This document shows positions 1 through 12,021 of a stretch of 64,000 nucleotides of DNA, in pieces; within the stretch, counting starts at the first letter, position 1, and each line of letters begins with the position of its first letter. Below the pieces are notes generated by a model. It searched no databases and was not told the origin of the DNA. It saw nothing but the letters and a program-made list of their open reading frames with translations. The DNA lies in assembly GCA_003971905.1 (NCBI GenBank), contig RSEE01000004.1:558001-622000 (forward strand). The letters are read 5' to 3'. Source of the stretch: Moniliella sp. 'wahieum'. Lineage: Eukaryota. The translations under genes were made by a program, and so were the position numbers.

Positions 1-550
1 CTGAACTTACCACCGCAATGGACGACTTTTACTGCGAACTAGGCGTAGTGAGGGAGCGCACCAATCCTGGCGAAAGTGCGTCCAATGGGGTCGCCGAACG
101 CGCCATAAGATCGATTACGGATCGCGCTCGACTCATGGTAGTCGCCAACCGATTGGTTCCCGACGAGTGGTGGGAACACAGCTTGTTGGCAGCCACATAC
201 GCACACAACCAGTCGCCGCCGATGGCACTGGGTGGTGACAGCCGATTTGTCCGATACATGGCTTCAAACCTTCCCTTCGCATGCGCGGTTTTGGCACCCT
301 TGCTTACCTGCACCTATTGCCCAACCAACGCGAGGGCGGCATACTTGGTCCGCGGGCCGTCCCAGCTATGTTGGTGGGTTACGGGCACGGTCACGGTTCG
401 AAAGGGTGGCTCTTTGCCATCCACCAGGATGACGGCCAGGTTGGATTCCGCTGGAAAAAGCCGTCCACCTGGACACATGTTCCGTACACCACCGAATATC
501 CCACGCACTTTCATCTGTCCCCCCTTGTTCCTCCTGTGATGGAGAGGTGA
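1..550 (+). mobile_element. Degenerate Ty1/copia integrase fragment
   Basis: ORF 18..539 has the integrase core C-terminus (TNPGESASNGVAERAIRSITDRAR...WWEHSLLAATYAHN). The shifted frame 281..550 has the copia SH3-like region (RGFGTLAYLH...LGPRAVPAMLVGY...SKGW). Confidence 0.8.
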
Positions 551-1012
551 GGGGGGGCGGAGGGATGGGTGCTGTGGGGCAGTCAGACAGCTCTCCACCC
601 CGTCGGCGTGTGCGTTTTGCGATCGATGAATCGCAGTCCCGTACATAGGCCAAGGCGCCTTATCACCCTTCGCCCCCAGGCCTCATTTGACCTCCGAAGT
701 CTCCACGCGTGTATACTCAGGCTTGTTCGAACCCTGTCTCCTCTAGGTGGGCATAGGCTTACTAGACTCAACCACCACCACCGCAATGCATTGCTTTACA
801 TTTCCAGAGGCTCATCGCCCAACCCCTTGGGTTCCTCCGGTCTTCACGATATACTATGTGCTAGTTCTACCTGCGCCTTCCGTGCCGGCTCACCGTTCGC
901 GGTCGAAAGGCTGCCATCCGTCCGTCTCCGTCATCGATTCCACCTCTCCATCTCTTTCCCCCTACTATATACGCACGAACGAATGACAACCATTGTGCAA
1001 GATAAAATGCTC

Positions 1013-3519
1013 TTAAATGATGGTGAGAGGTTCCATGTCGGGATGGGTCGCATAGTCGAAGTGCAAGATGCAAAGTGGTAAAATGCAGGGAGCAATCTCA
1101 CCTAGTGAGTCCAAGTTGGGTGGAGAGGGACGGTCATTCCGGTCCCAGCAATGCAGCAGCAGAGCCGTTGGAGATTTCGTGCTCGACCGATGGGGTTTGA
1201 AAGGCCAAATGTCAAAGACGCGAGCCAACGCGACAAGCTGGGTGGTAGACAGATCGCATACCTCGCCCTAGGATCCACCACTTCCTCGGGTGAGTGGGCA
1301 AAGTCCGTGTTGTCCTTAGCGAGACGATGAACAATTTCCTCCGCACCAGGTGCAACATGGCGCGGGAATCGAGGATGGAATGGCTGCGCAAAACAAGGAC
1401 GTTTTCATCAACCAGTCAAACGTTGGGTAGAGGTCCACCGGCACCAGAGGATCCTGCGCGGAGTGATTGTAACGAACGCAAGACGCTGTCGGTTCAACCC
1501 CGACGCCGCATTGTCGCTTTCAGGCCCGCCATTGGTCTTGACCAAACGAGAGTAAGCCGATTTGCCCACAATCATTTGTTCACTGCCATAAACGTGATCA
1601 TAAAGCGGCAGGAACTCGTCCCCGCGCATGTGGTATCCACATGCGCAAGGGCGTCCGTCAGCACGTTCATTGGACCGAGGTGATCCCCGGCGTGATCACC
1701 AATCGGTCGGCCAAGCTTTCGGTGATGATCAGGTGCATTTTGACCCTGCCATAACGAAAAAGCCATGCGCGAGAGAGCCAATAGCCGAAATCATTTGGAC
1801 GACGAGTTGCTCCCCCAAAACGCTGTTCGGGATCGTCATAAACACTTCCAAGGGAGACGCCACTTTCCAATCCGGAGTGTCGAACGAAAGGCTGTCGCTA
1901 GGTTCACCTGGGAAGGACAATGCCAGTATCACGCAACGGGTAATCAAAAGCGCCACCCTTTTCCAAGTCGGTGTTGTAGTGGCCCACTCCCAAGCCGAAT
2001 AGGGGAACACAGTAAGCCGGCTTCCATCCACCTTGGACGCCTTCGTTGCATCTCCAAACCGGATCAGCCAGGACCAATAATTCAACCCATCCTCCATTGC
2101 GTAGACTTGTTCCACATTTGGGGGCGGAGAAGACCTTGAGTGACTGTACCGGCCCCTGCATAGCCCTCCAGAATGATGCGGGGGGGGCCTTGATCGAGCT
2201 TCATGTGAGAGATGACTTTGTCCACAGTCGAGCTGTTATTGAGGAAAAAATGGTTGACTGCATGGAACGAAGTATATTTCTCAAACCCATACTCGAGACC
2301 TGCCGCCAAGTTTTGACAGGGGGAAGATGAGGAAAGTCTTGATGAGTTCGAATCATTCCTCTTGCTCCTCACTGGGCAAGTCCCACAGGGCCTTGTGAGT
2401 CGTAATGAGTTCAGTCATACGTTCTTGACGTTTGAGTAGCCGCGCTTTCGACACACGATTCCGGCCCAAGAGGAACTGGGTATCAGGGAGGGCGCAACCT
2501 CCAAAGCCTCCGTCTGGGATTCATCCGCCTCAGGTTCTCCACCTTCCTCATTCTTCTCATCGGGGGTTGGATTGCGGGCTTCCGCCAGAGCTAATGCTTG
2601 GGTGATCGACAACATCGATACGCGGGCGGCATCAAGTCGTGACGTTTGTGCATTAAGCACATTCTGGCGAAGACGTTCCGGATCGTACTCTGGGGGCCTC
2701 ACACCAAATGGCACTGATGAGCGAAGGTACGTAGTTGCGTATTCTTCTTCCAGCGTCGGCGCCTTGGTGTTCTGGCCATAACAGGAGGAGGATTGGTCTC
2801 CGCAGGAAGGGCCTTCGAAGGAATAGTCTCCGACGGAAGGGACTGCGCAGGAATGATCTTCGGCGTGGGGACCACACGTTTTTTCGGCTTCTTGGGAACT
2901 CGGGGTTTCTTCTTTGGAGATGTAGATCGGAGAATAGAGATTGATCCATCGGAACCCAAGGTCTTCCCAGATGAAAGAATCCCATCACCCAAAGAAAGTG
3001 ACATAGCATCATGTACATCACGTACGGGCGGTATAAGGCTCTCCGCATCACAGCAGCTGTATTTTGGCGAGGGCGTCCACGCCCACGCTTCGGACTTGCC
3101 TTTTCGTCGCGTGTTGAAGAAGCGGGCGGGCGCCCACGCGGCCGTTTCGGACGTTCCTCTTCATCACGAGGTCGAGGGCCGGGTGGACGCCCACGCGGCC
3201 GCTTCGGACGTGTCTCTTCATCGCGTGGTGAAGTGGGTGGGCGCCCGCGGGGCTTTTTTGGAGGCACCTTTTCAATCAAATCGTCACCAGCGCCGGAAGG
3301 AGCAGCTCGCATCTGGCGAGGCCGGTCTGCTTGAGGTTGCAGGGGGGTGGCTTCGGTCCCCACATCGGTTTCGTCTTGCCAATTTGCCGGGGTCAGACTG
3401 AAACGGCGGGAGGGTGCCGCAAAGAGGATCCTCGTAGACGGAAGAAATATCTGGGATGCCAATGGCCTTGGAACTGATAGCCTGGGAAGAACGCGGGCAA
3501 CCCGAGCGGCGAGCGCCAT
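1013..3519 (-). CDS. MTF1: Mitochondrial transcription factor Mtf1 (KsgA/Dim1-like fold) with long N-terminal extension; frameshifted, 3' end approximate
   Basis: Pieces in several frames: Arg/Ser-rich presequence MALAARVARVLPRL; HLPPVKTW; IILEGYAGAGTVTQGLL; GEQLVVQMISAIG; WLFRYGRVKMHLII; C-terminal FDIWPFKP. These resemble yeast Mtf1 motifs (WLYRFGKVKM, WPFKP). Confidence 0.75.
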
Positions 3520-4566
3520 GCCAGGAGAGAAAGCGGTGGTCAGGCTTTAAAAACACGTCAGGTATGGCGCCGAAGAAAAAAGCCACACTGCTTGGGTTAC
3601 ATAAGCCACATTCTGTTCCACCGCCTGTGCAAGTTGTTAAAGTACACTTACGCTTTAAATTTTAAAATTAAGAAATTAAGAGACTGTAGCAGGCAGCAGA
3701 CGGTGCGGTCTGGGCTACCAGAAGCAGATGAGCGAGAACAACGAGGTAACGAGTCAAGCGAAGAGGTGGGGGTGGTAAGGAAGAACAGCTGAATGCTCCA
3801 GCGGTGTCTACTACAAGTGCGGCTTACATTGGAACCAAGGTGGAGGCGCCACGTGTGAGAGCACGATCTAAAGTCCAGACCAAAACCTCTAATTATTAGA
3901 AGGCACGGTGACACTCACAGCAGCCATCACCTGCAACAGGGCCACCGATGGAGCCTGACACATGCCGTGATGGTGTGGGCCCCGTTTTGGATCTGGTACA
4001 GAATGCATTGAAAGCATGAGACACGCCACTCCTTTTCGCTGCAAACTATACTTCTCATACACAGCGACAGGTTAGAAATGGAGAGCATCCACAGAACCCG
4101 CAGATTCGCAATCTGAAGAGTTTGAGGCACATATATATCTCTAGGTATTAAGATTCCTCCAAAATGTGGTTTTGTGAATGCAGGCAATGACCCTCATCCC
4201 GCAATGTGTTGACACTTAACGATATACATCTTCCTTCTCGTCTATTATTTCGTCGCTTCAAGGCGGCTTTTCTTCATCTGATTGGCACTTTCAAAAAGAG
4301 GCCGTCACAGTAGCAGTAACCATCTATCTGTCTCTGAATTTAGCCATTGAGGCTAGATCCGGCACGGGGGTAGGGCAACGAATAAGAAACAAGTGTGAGA
4401 AAGGGGATGCGGGGGCGGATACGAGCAACTCTCGTTTTCAAAGACTCACTCGGCCCACAGGGCACGAGCACGGGGCACGAGGGCCTACCAACAACTCAGT
4501 ACGAAACCTGTCGTGCCACAGCAGCGCTGGCGCACCATAGGATTATTTTTGCAGAGTGGGACTCAC

Positions 4567-5822
4567 TCAAGCAGATTCCTCAACCGCCTCGGGCTTAGGC
4601 TCCGCTACCTCCTCCTTCGTCTCCTCAGGGGTGGAAACCTCCTTGGCAGGTTCCTCCTCCTTAGCAGACTCCTCCTTGACCGGCTCCTCGACCTTGGAAA
4701 CAGCCTCGTCAACAGCCTCCTCCACCTTGGGGGCAACCTCCTCAACTACCTCTGCCGCCTTGGAGGCAACTTCCTCAACGGCCTCCTCAGTTTTGGGGGC
4801 AACCTCCTCCGCAGTCTCCTCTGCCTGAGGGGCAGCCTCTTCCACGGGGGCAGGAGTGGGTGCTGGGATCCTCCTTGGGGGTCTCCGTCTCCTCCGTCGG
4901 CTCAGCGGCCTCCTCCACCTTGGGAGTTTCCGCAGCAGGAGCCTCGGCCTCAGCGGGCTGCTCGGTGCCAAAGCTAAAATGGACCGGGGCCGTGGACGGA
5001 GAAGGCTCGGCAGCAGCGCCGAAGTCCTTGCTAATGGAACCCTCGTCCGCCGGCTTGTCCGATGTAGCCGAAACGACGTCCCACTCATTTGTCGAACCCG
5101 AAACAGACTCAGGCTTGGCAGATTCCTTGGCCTCTTCAGTCTCCTCCTCCTTCTTCTCTTCGTCCTTCTTCTCTTCGTCCTTAGACTCCTCCACCTTGGA
5201 TTCCACACCCTTGGGGGCAGAGGGAGCCTCATCGTCCACCTCGTCAACACGGATCGACGCGCCGGCTGAGCCCGAGGGGGCCTCACCCTCGGCCAGAATC
5301 ACATCCTTCTCGACCATCTTCATAATGAGTTGGTTTACCTCCTCCGGGACCGTCTTGCCGAGGATCACGAGCAGCTCAAATGGCTGCGGGTAGACCTTGA
5401 GCGCGCGGAAGAAGGCAGTGGCCGAGTCAAGGTGGAAGTCCTTGCCGCGGTTAAAGAGGAGCTCACCAACAGAGATTTGCTCCATGAAGTAGGCCTCGCG
5501 GGTGGCGGGGTCCTTGGGGATGGTGCCATCGGCGAGAGCAGCACGCGTGCTGGCCACCGCCGCAGCAATGGCGATGTCTGAGGCTTTACTGGATTCCTCC
5601 GCCTTCTTGGCCTCAGCCTTCTTTTGGCGCTTGTACTGCTTGCCCAAGGAGCGGCGGAAGGTGGCGTCATGGCGGCGGCGATAGTCAAAGTAGCTGGAGA
5701 GCCAAGGGGTCAGCACAAATGAAGACGACAGCAAAAGGTGCGAGAAGCACGCACGCAGCATAGCCAACGACGGCGCCGGCGAGCGTCAGGCCAGTGACAG
5801 CGGCAGCAGTTGACGCCTTCAT
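4567..5822 (-). CDS. TOM20: Mitochondrial import receptor Tom20 with long acidic tail
   Basis: N-terminal TM segment MKASTAAAVTGLTLAGAVVGYAA; 61-nt intron 5694-5754 (GTGCGT...GCTGAC...CAG); then YFDYRRRHDATFRRSL and EAYFMEQISVGE...FFRALKVYPQP. One frameshift near 4860. Confidence 0.93.
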
Positions 5823-6445
5823 GGTGCAGACGGTGGTGGTGGAAGAGGGTCGGTGGCTGGGCGGCCGGACGGCAGCAGCGGCCGAGGAACAAAATCTGAC
5901 AGTGCAGGCTTCGCGGCTGCTAGGGTTGCGTCTGGGGCGGCGCCTTGGGGGCAGTGTGAGCACTGGGCAGCCTGAGCGCTCCGGCTCAGCGCTGAGGCTC
6001 AGCACTGCGACCATCGATCCCCGACCACCTCGATCACCGTTCAACTTGAACGTTCAGAGACGCAGCCAGCGCAGCCGGGCAGGGCTAAGTGCTAAGGCGC
6101 GGGGGCACTGAGGGGCGCCTCATCGGTCGCAGCGGTGACTCGTAACCACTGGGCGACTGAGCCTCAGCGGCTCAGCGGCTCAGTGGCTCAACCAACGTTC
6201 AACGTTCAACGAGGATCGGTGCACGTGATGCGTGTGGGACGAGGTGCGATGCGGGGCACGTGACGCAGGAGAGCATGCCCACCGGCCACCCCGCACGGGC
6301 CGGCGGGCAGCGGCGCAGCAGCGCGCAGCAGCAGAGAGGCTGTGCACAAAGAAAGCTACCGCAACACGCAACAGCAGAAAGGCCGCCCTGCGCGCTATTT
6401 AACCCCCACATCGCCCCTTCCTCTCCCGGCGCCACCACGCATACG

Positions 6446-9291
6446 ATGGCCACCCGTCCCCCTGCGACCCAGCTGCCTCAGGGACAGCCGCCGTACGCAG
6501 GCGCCCCGGGCATCCTGACGCCGCTGCGTACCCACTACCTCAAGAAGGCCCTTGTTCAGCTCGAGGTCGAGCACGAGCTCGCCATCCTCAACCAGAGCAG
6601 TTAGTAGTCCGATCTCTGCTCTTTTCCTCCGTCCTTTAACCCCATCCTCTTCTCTCTGCACCTTTCCTCATCCCCAGATGCTCTCGCCGCACTCGGTGCG
6701 CCTTTTCGTCCCGTCGCTGGCGCTCCCATACACGCCGACGACTTGCCTTTGCTCCGCTTTGTTTTCCAGCGATGGGTGCTCACCTTCCCGCTTGTCAAGG
6801 ATATCTCTGCCAGCTTTTTCCCCAAAGTACAGCAGCTTGCCCAGGAATTCTATGCTCGCAACATCTCTGCCTCTGATGACCGCGAAGAGGCGAGCAAACG
6901 CCGCAAAATTGCCAACCGGGTGGAGCGCTACGTCACACTCCTATTTGCTGCTGCGATCCTTGCCAAGCCCCGCCTGGATGTGCGCCCGGTGAAGGGGAGC
7001 AGGTCGTAGAGTTAACGGACCAGGATCGCCAGGCTATCACAGCAGCCGAACAGCGGGCGTAAAGGCTGAACAAGATGCGGCTCAGTTGGCAATCAACATC
7101 ATTGCTGTCCGTCTACCCCCCTCTGCTCCCGGAACCAAGACAGACTTGGCGTACGCTCAATTCATCGTTGCCTCCAGTGCTGGAAAGGGAACGGACGAGA
7201 CCTACGTCGCTCGCTCCTATGCCGACTTTGAACATCTCAAACTCACTCTCCAACAAGAGCTCGGACCTTTAATTTGGGTGCCCGATCTCCCCCCCAAGGA
7301 CTATTCGGCCCTTGAGGAGGGAGCACGAAGTATGTTGGGTAAGTCCTTGTCGGACAAGTTTTTTGGCCTCGCCCTAGGTGGTAGTGCATCCAGCGCCAGC
7401 CCGACCAGCGGTGGCAACCCGTCGTCCCGGGATGCTTCAGGTACAGTATCATCACCCGTTCTCCCCCGGGAGGCCAACCGTCAATCGCTGCGGGCCTACC
7501 TGCGCGACTTGGCCGAGGTCCCAGCGATGCGGACCAGCAAAGCACTTGACGATTTTCTGCATGCCTCTCCGGTTCAGCTCACCGAAGCTGAGATGGAGGA
7601 CGCTTCGCTGCGGAACGAAATGGACTCACGTCGTGAGGCGGCAACAGTAGCGTTTGCCGAGGCGAGTGAAGTGCGAGCAGCAGAGTTACGGTCGCTGTTG
7701 GGGAAGCTGAAGTACGAGGTATCTCAGCCCGATGGACTAAACAAGGTGTTTTCCGTGTTTCGCACCACATCCCAGCTCAAAGATTTGCCCGAGGACTACC
7801 GTGCAATGATGGGCTGGGTCAAGATGAGCATGGCCGCTTCGCTGTACACTTCTTTTATCGGTTCGGACAATGGGAACGCTACATTTGCTTCGTTTAGCAA
7901 GATTAACTTTCTCATGCCTTACTCGCTTTTGTCGGGTGTCTTGCGCATCACCAACCCAGCAGCGATGATCAAGGGAGTGATGAACTTATTCTTGGCGCAG
8001 CCGTTGGGGAGTAAATCTTTGCTCCAAAGGATGAGCGGTGCTAGTCTGTCTGAAGGAACGAGACAGTGGCAGTCGATGGCCCAAAACGCAGCGAAGCGGA
8101 TCAACGACCCTTTGATGGTTCAAAAGTTGGCAGCCTATGTCGGGCTGCCGGCGCAGGCACGGATGCAACTCAAGACGCATGCTCAACGCGCCCGTCTCCC
8201 GCTCCCTGTGGTGGTCCTATCGAGCGCTGTTTGTGGTCCACCTTTGTCGCCTGCGCAGGCGGAGCGGGTTGACAAGGCCAGGGTATCCCGGGCCAAGGGT
8301 GAATTTACAGGACCCTCCACACTCTTGGACGATTTCCATGCGTTCATGGTGGCTCAACTCAAGATTTATGACAATGAGCAACTTGAGTCGCTGGTGACCG
8401 AGGGCATTACTGTCGACCTCTTCCGCGATCTGATTGCTATGTTTGTCACGCCCTTGGCCGAGGTGTATCGGGATGCCAATGCGTCCGACTTTGTAGGAGA
8501 CGTGCAATCGTTTTGCGATGACTTGATTCAAACCGTCAAAGCGAACCAAGATGGTAAGTCATTATCCCTGTTGTGTGATGGTCTTGGCTACTGACGATTA
8601 TCTTTCCTGCGCACCAGTCCGTTGGCAAAACCCGACGATTATGCTACAGGTGTTCCAAGATCTGGTTGGCCGTCATGAGGATGCGATCTACCGCTTCATC
8701 CATGACACTCAAGTCAAGGGTCATAGCCTCTTTGGTGGCTTGATCGACTATGCTCAGCAGTTTATCAACTTTTTGCGTGGCCAGGGCGCCAGCGCCGATG
8801 TGGCGCAACGCCAAGGGATTGGCGAGGTGGACATGGAGGCGCTGTTACCAGCCGTGGGGGACCCGCTGCGGGATGCGATTCTACGCGAGACGGATGTACT
8901 GATCAACCATGCGTACCAGGCCAAGTGGCTGCGAGAGGTACGTCTTCGCCGGCAATTGGCCGCGCAGAGTGGCCAAGGCCTGGAGGGAGACACCTTTGGT
9001 CATTCTATCCTCGGCTTCAATTCGACTACTGTGGGAGATGCGACCGAGGTTGAGGCCGCCATTGAGGCGGAGCGGTCGCCGTTTGAGAAAGGAGGTATTC
9101 CCGACCCCCGCCTTTTGCCAGAGCCAGAGCTGTTGGAGATCCCCAAACTACTGCCCCTGTTCCTTGAGCTGGTACGTTGCATTGTCTGCGTATGATATTT
9201 TGGGCGTGTTGTGCTGAGCACTGACCAACATCGCTATAACCGCGTCATGTCTGGACGGCAGGTGCGGCCCATGCTCCCGCAGCAGGCGTAA
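6446..9291 (+). CDS. PX-domain protein of the YPR097W/Lec1 type (PXB + PX + DUF3818-like)
   Basis: LTPLRTHYLKKALVQLEVEHEL and PLLRFVFQRWVLTFP; PX core VARSYADFEHLKLTLQQEL...PDLPPKD; LPREANRQSLRAYLR; NLFLAQPLGSKSLLQRM. Introns near 6600, 8555 and 9172. Confidence 0.85.
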
Positions 9292-10301
9292 AAACTCTAA
9301 GAGGAGCGTTGAGGAGGCGCAGCTGATATGGGCAAGCGCAGCTGCAAAACAGACCTGGTGGAAATTCCATGTGGTTGGGACGTCAACCCACCGGCGTATA
9401 ACAAAAAGGTTAGAGAGTAGGTCTTATAAACGGACTGTGGTCCAGTCAGGCGGTCAGTAGGCCCAGGCAAGGCAACAATTGGTAGCCGGCAACCGCCGAG
9501 GTAATCTTTACCACATGTCTGTCGGCTGCCCAATTGTGCGCGTGCTTGCTCCTGACTTGAGTTTCAATTTTCAAGCATCAAGCTTCAAGCTTCAAGCTTA
9601 GCTTGACCGGTCACCGACAAACTGATGCGACCGGATCCCCATTGCAAGCGAATCGGCAAGCAAGAACGGGAGGTCAATAGAAAGTAGAGTCGTGGAGAAG
9701 GCGGAGGAGGGGACTTGTACGCTACGACTGCCGAAGCTGTAAGATGGAGGCACGTCCGACTGCCACCCTTCCTCCCCCGGGCGGAACTAGCGGAGCCTGC
9801 CGGGGGGAAGCGGCTGGGAGCGCCAGAGTTCGGTTATGCTCTCGGCGCACTGCACTAGTGTCCCAACCAAGCAGGGTGGCCTTCTGAAGTTTTGCAGCGC
9901 ACAGCTTCACCGGTGGGCCGGGACTAGTCACTGGCGCTTCTTCTTAGAACTTAGAAGCGCCAGGCGCTCAGGGTTCGGCTGCGCCCCGGTGATAAAATGG
10001 GCTGTCTCACAGCGGCATTGCCGAAAGGGTGGCGGGCATTGGGCCGACGCTGCCCCTCCGCCCGTCTTCGCATGCATTGGTAATCGCCGGTCCAAGCCGG
10101 CACCCCACCAGTGTCCCTCCGCCTGCCCGGCAGTCCTGCTAGTCCTGTCGGCATGCGTGCTTGCCGAGGGTTATGCAAGGGGCGCAGCGAGCCATGACAA
10201 AAATCAGAGTGGCCACTTTTCTACATAAAGTGTCTGCCTACCCCAGTCAGCTGGTGTTGCGCACCGTCGACGACTACCACCTTCACTCCCCTCTCATCGC
10301 C

Positions 10302-11536
10302 ATGGCCTGCACCTCCGGCAACGCTTGCGCCTGCAAAACCCCTACGGCTCCCCCCTCCCGCCCCGACAGCCAAGCCAGCTCGTCTGCCACCTACGGCGCC
10401 GTGTCTTTGCCGGCGCGTGAGGGCAGTGGCGAGCGTCAGCCGCTGCTGTGGACCACCACTACCCCCACCAAGCCCGCTTCTGGCTGTTGTGGAGGCTCGC
10501 AAGGCAAGTGTGCCAGCGGCAAATGCTCGGACGCTGTCAAGCGCAACACCCCCCACACTACCATCACCATCGACGAGCCCGGCTCCCAATGCGTTCGCAA
10601 CAGCGCGACCCTGAGTGGCCGCTGCTGTCGCGAGCTCAAGGGGGAGGAAGAAAAGCGTGCTCTCATTGACCCCGATACAATTCGGGACATCATCATTGGT
10701 CTGTCTGATGGTTTGACGGTGCGTCTCTCCTTCTCCTGTGCCGTGTCTCGCCTTGCCGAGGGAAGACAGAGTGCATTCAGGCATATCTGTTCCGGCACTT
10801 TGGCTGACTTGTTTCTTGTTTAGGTCCCCTTTGCTCTCACTGCCGGCCTCTCTTCTGTTGGCTCGTCCAAACTCGTGGTGATTGCCGGAGTTGCCGAGCT
10901 CACGTCCGGTGCGATCAGCATGGCCATTGGCGGCTACCTCTCTGCCCAAGCTGAAAAGGAGCACTATGACCACAGCGAGGTCAACACTGCTGGCCGTGTG
11001 GCCCAGAGCTGCGACGAGCAAATTCAATCCGAAGTGCTCGAAATTCTGGCACCCTATGGCATTGTGGGCCCGGTGGCGAGCCAAGTGGCGGCCCAGCTGC
11101 AACAAGCCGAAACGGCAAAACAAGAGCGTATGGCCTTGGCTCAGTCCTCTTTGGCTAGAGACGAACGGGAAGAGCTGGCGGGGCGTGGTATCACACCCTT
11201 TCTGTTGCGTCTCGGGCAGGGGTTGGAACCGTGTCGTCGGAGCGCTCCACACGCTCTGCGATCAACATTGGTGTGGCGTACCTGGTTGGCGGGTTGGTGC
11301 CACTCACGCCTTACTTTTTCTTGGCCACCGCCTTGCAGGGATTGGTGGCCTCTACTGTTATCACCGGCCTTACACTGCTCTTGTTTGGTGTGGCCAAGCA
11401 CCGCGTTACGGGGGGAGAAGGGTCGGTCAAGTCGTACGCCTGGTCCGCAGTGACAACCTTGGCTGTTGGCGGTGCCGCTGCAGCTTCGTCGTGGCTTATT
11501 GTTAAGATGCTAGAGGGTCCTGATGCAGGACTTTAA
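10302..11536 (+). CDS. CCC1: Vacuolar iron/manganese transporter, VIT1/CCC1 family
   Basis: IRDIIIGLSDGLT[intron]VPFALTAGLSS; GVAELTSGAISMAIGGYLSAQAE; GGLVPLTPYFF; LLLFGVAK. Confidence 0.93.
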
Positions 11537-11934
11537 GATGCGCAACTCGGATCCTCCTCCACGGCTTGTGTATGGGCGGCGGGTGGGGAGGATTGACTGT
11601 GCTTGGTTCGCTGCAGGCCCTTGGATCCGCCATCCGCCCTAGTATTATTGGCCAGTTGCAGTGCGCTTGTCCTGGCACTTTGTCTGGTATACCTTCCCCT
11701 CCACACTACTTGTTCCCCTCAACGTCCTCAACGTTCAACTGTCGTTTCACCGTGTTCTTCATTCGCATGAATCACTGTTAGTGGATGTGTAAGCGTGACG
11801 GATGTTGTCATAGGATACTTGTGACATGTGAGCCGGGGCAGGGCAAGCACGAAGAAGTTGACATGTCGAGATGCTGTTGGATTGGCTTCCGGGGCAATAG
11901 AAGGCAAATTTTGCTCTTCTTTCAGTACCAATCA

Positions 11935-12021
11935 GCCTCGCTATTTCAATCGGTAGAATTTGAGACTCTTACTTGAAAGAGGTCCATCTCACGGTTGTGG
12001 GTTCGAGTCCCACGTGGGGCG
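11935..12021 (+). tRNA. tRNA-Lys(CUU) with 14-nt intron
   Basis: Cloverleaf GCCTCGC...GTGGGGCG; anticodon stem TGAGA/TCTCA; anticodon CTT; GTTCGAGTC B-box; TTTTT terminator at 12025. Confidence 0.93.

Noticed and set aside
4513..5393. Long plus-strand Leu- or Ser-rich ORFs
   Set aside because: Antisense shadows of the TOM20 acidic tail.
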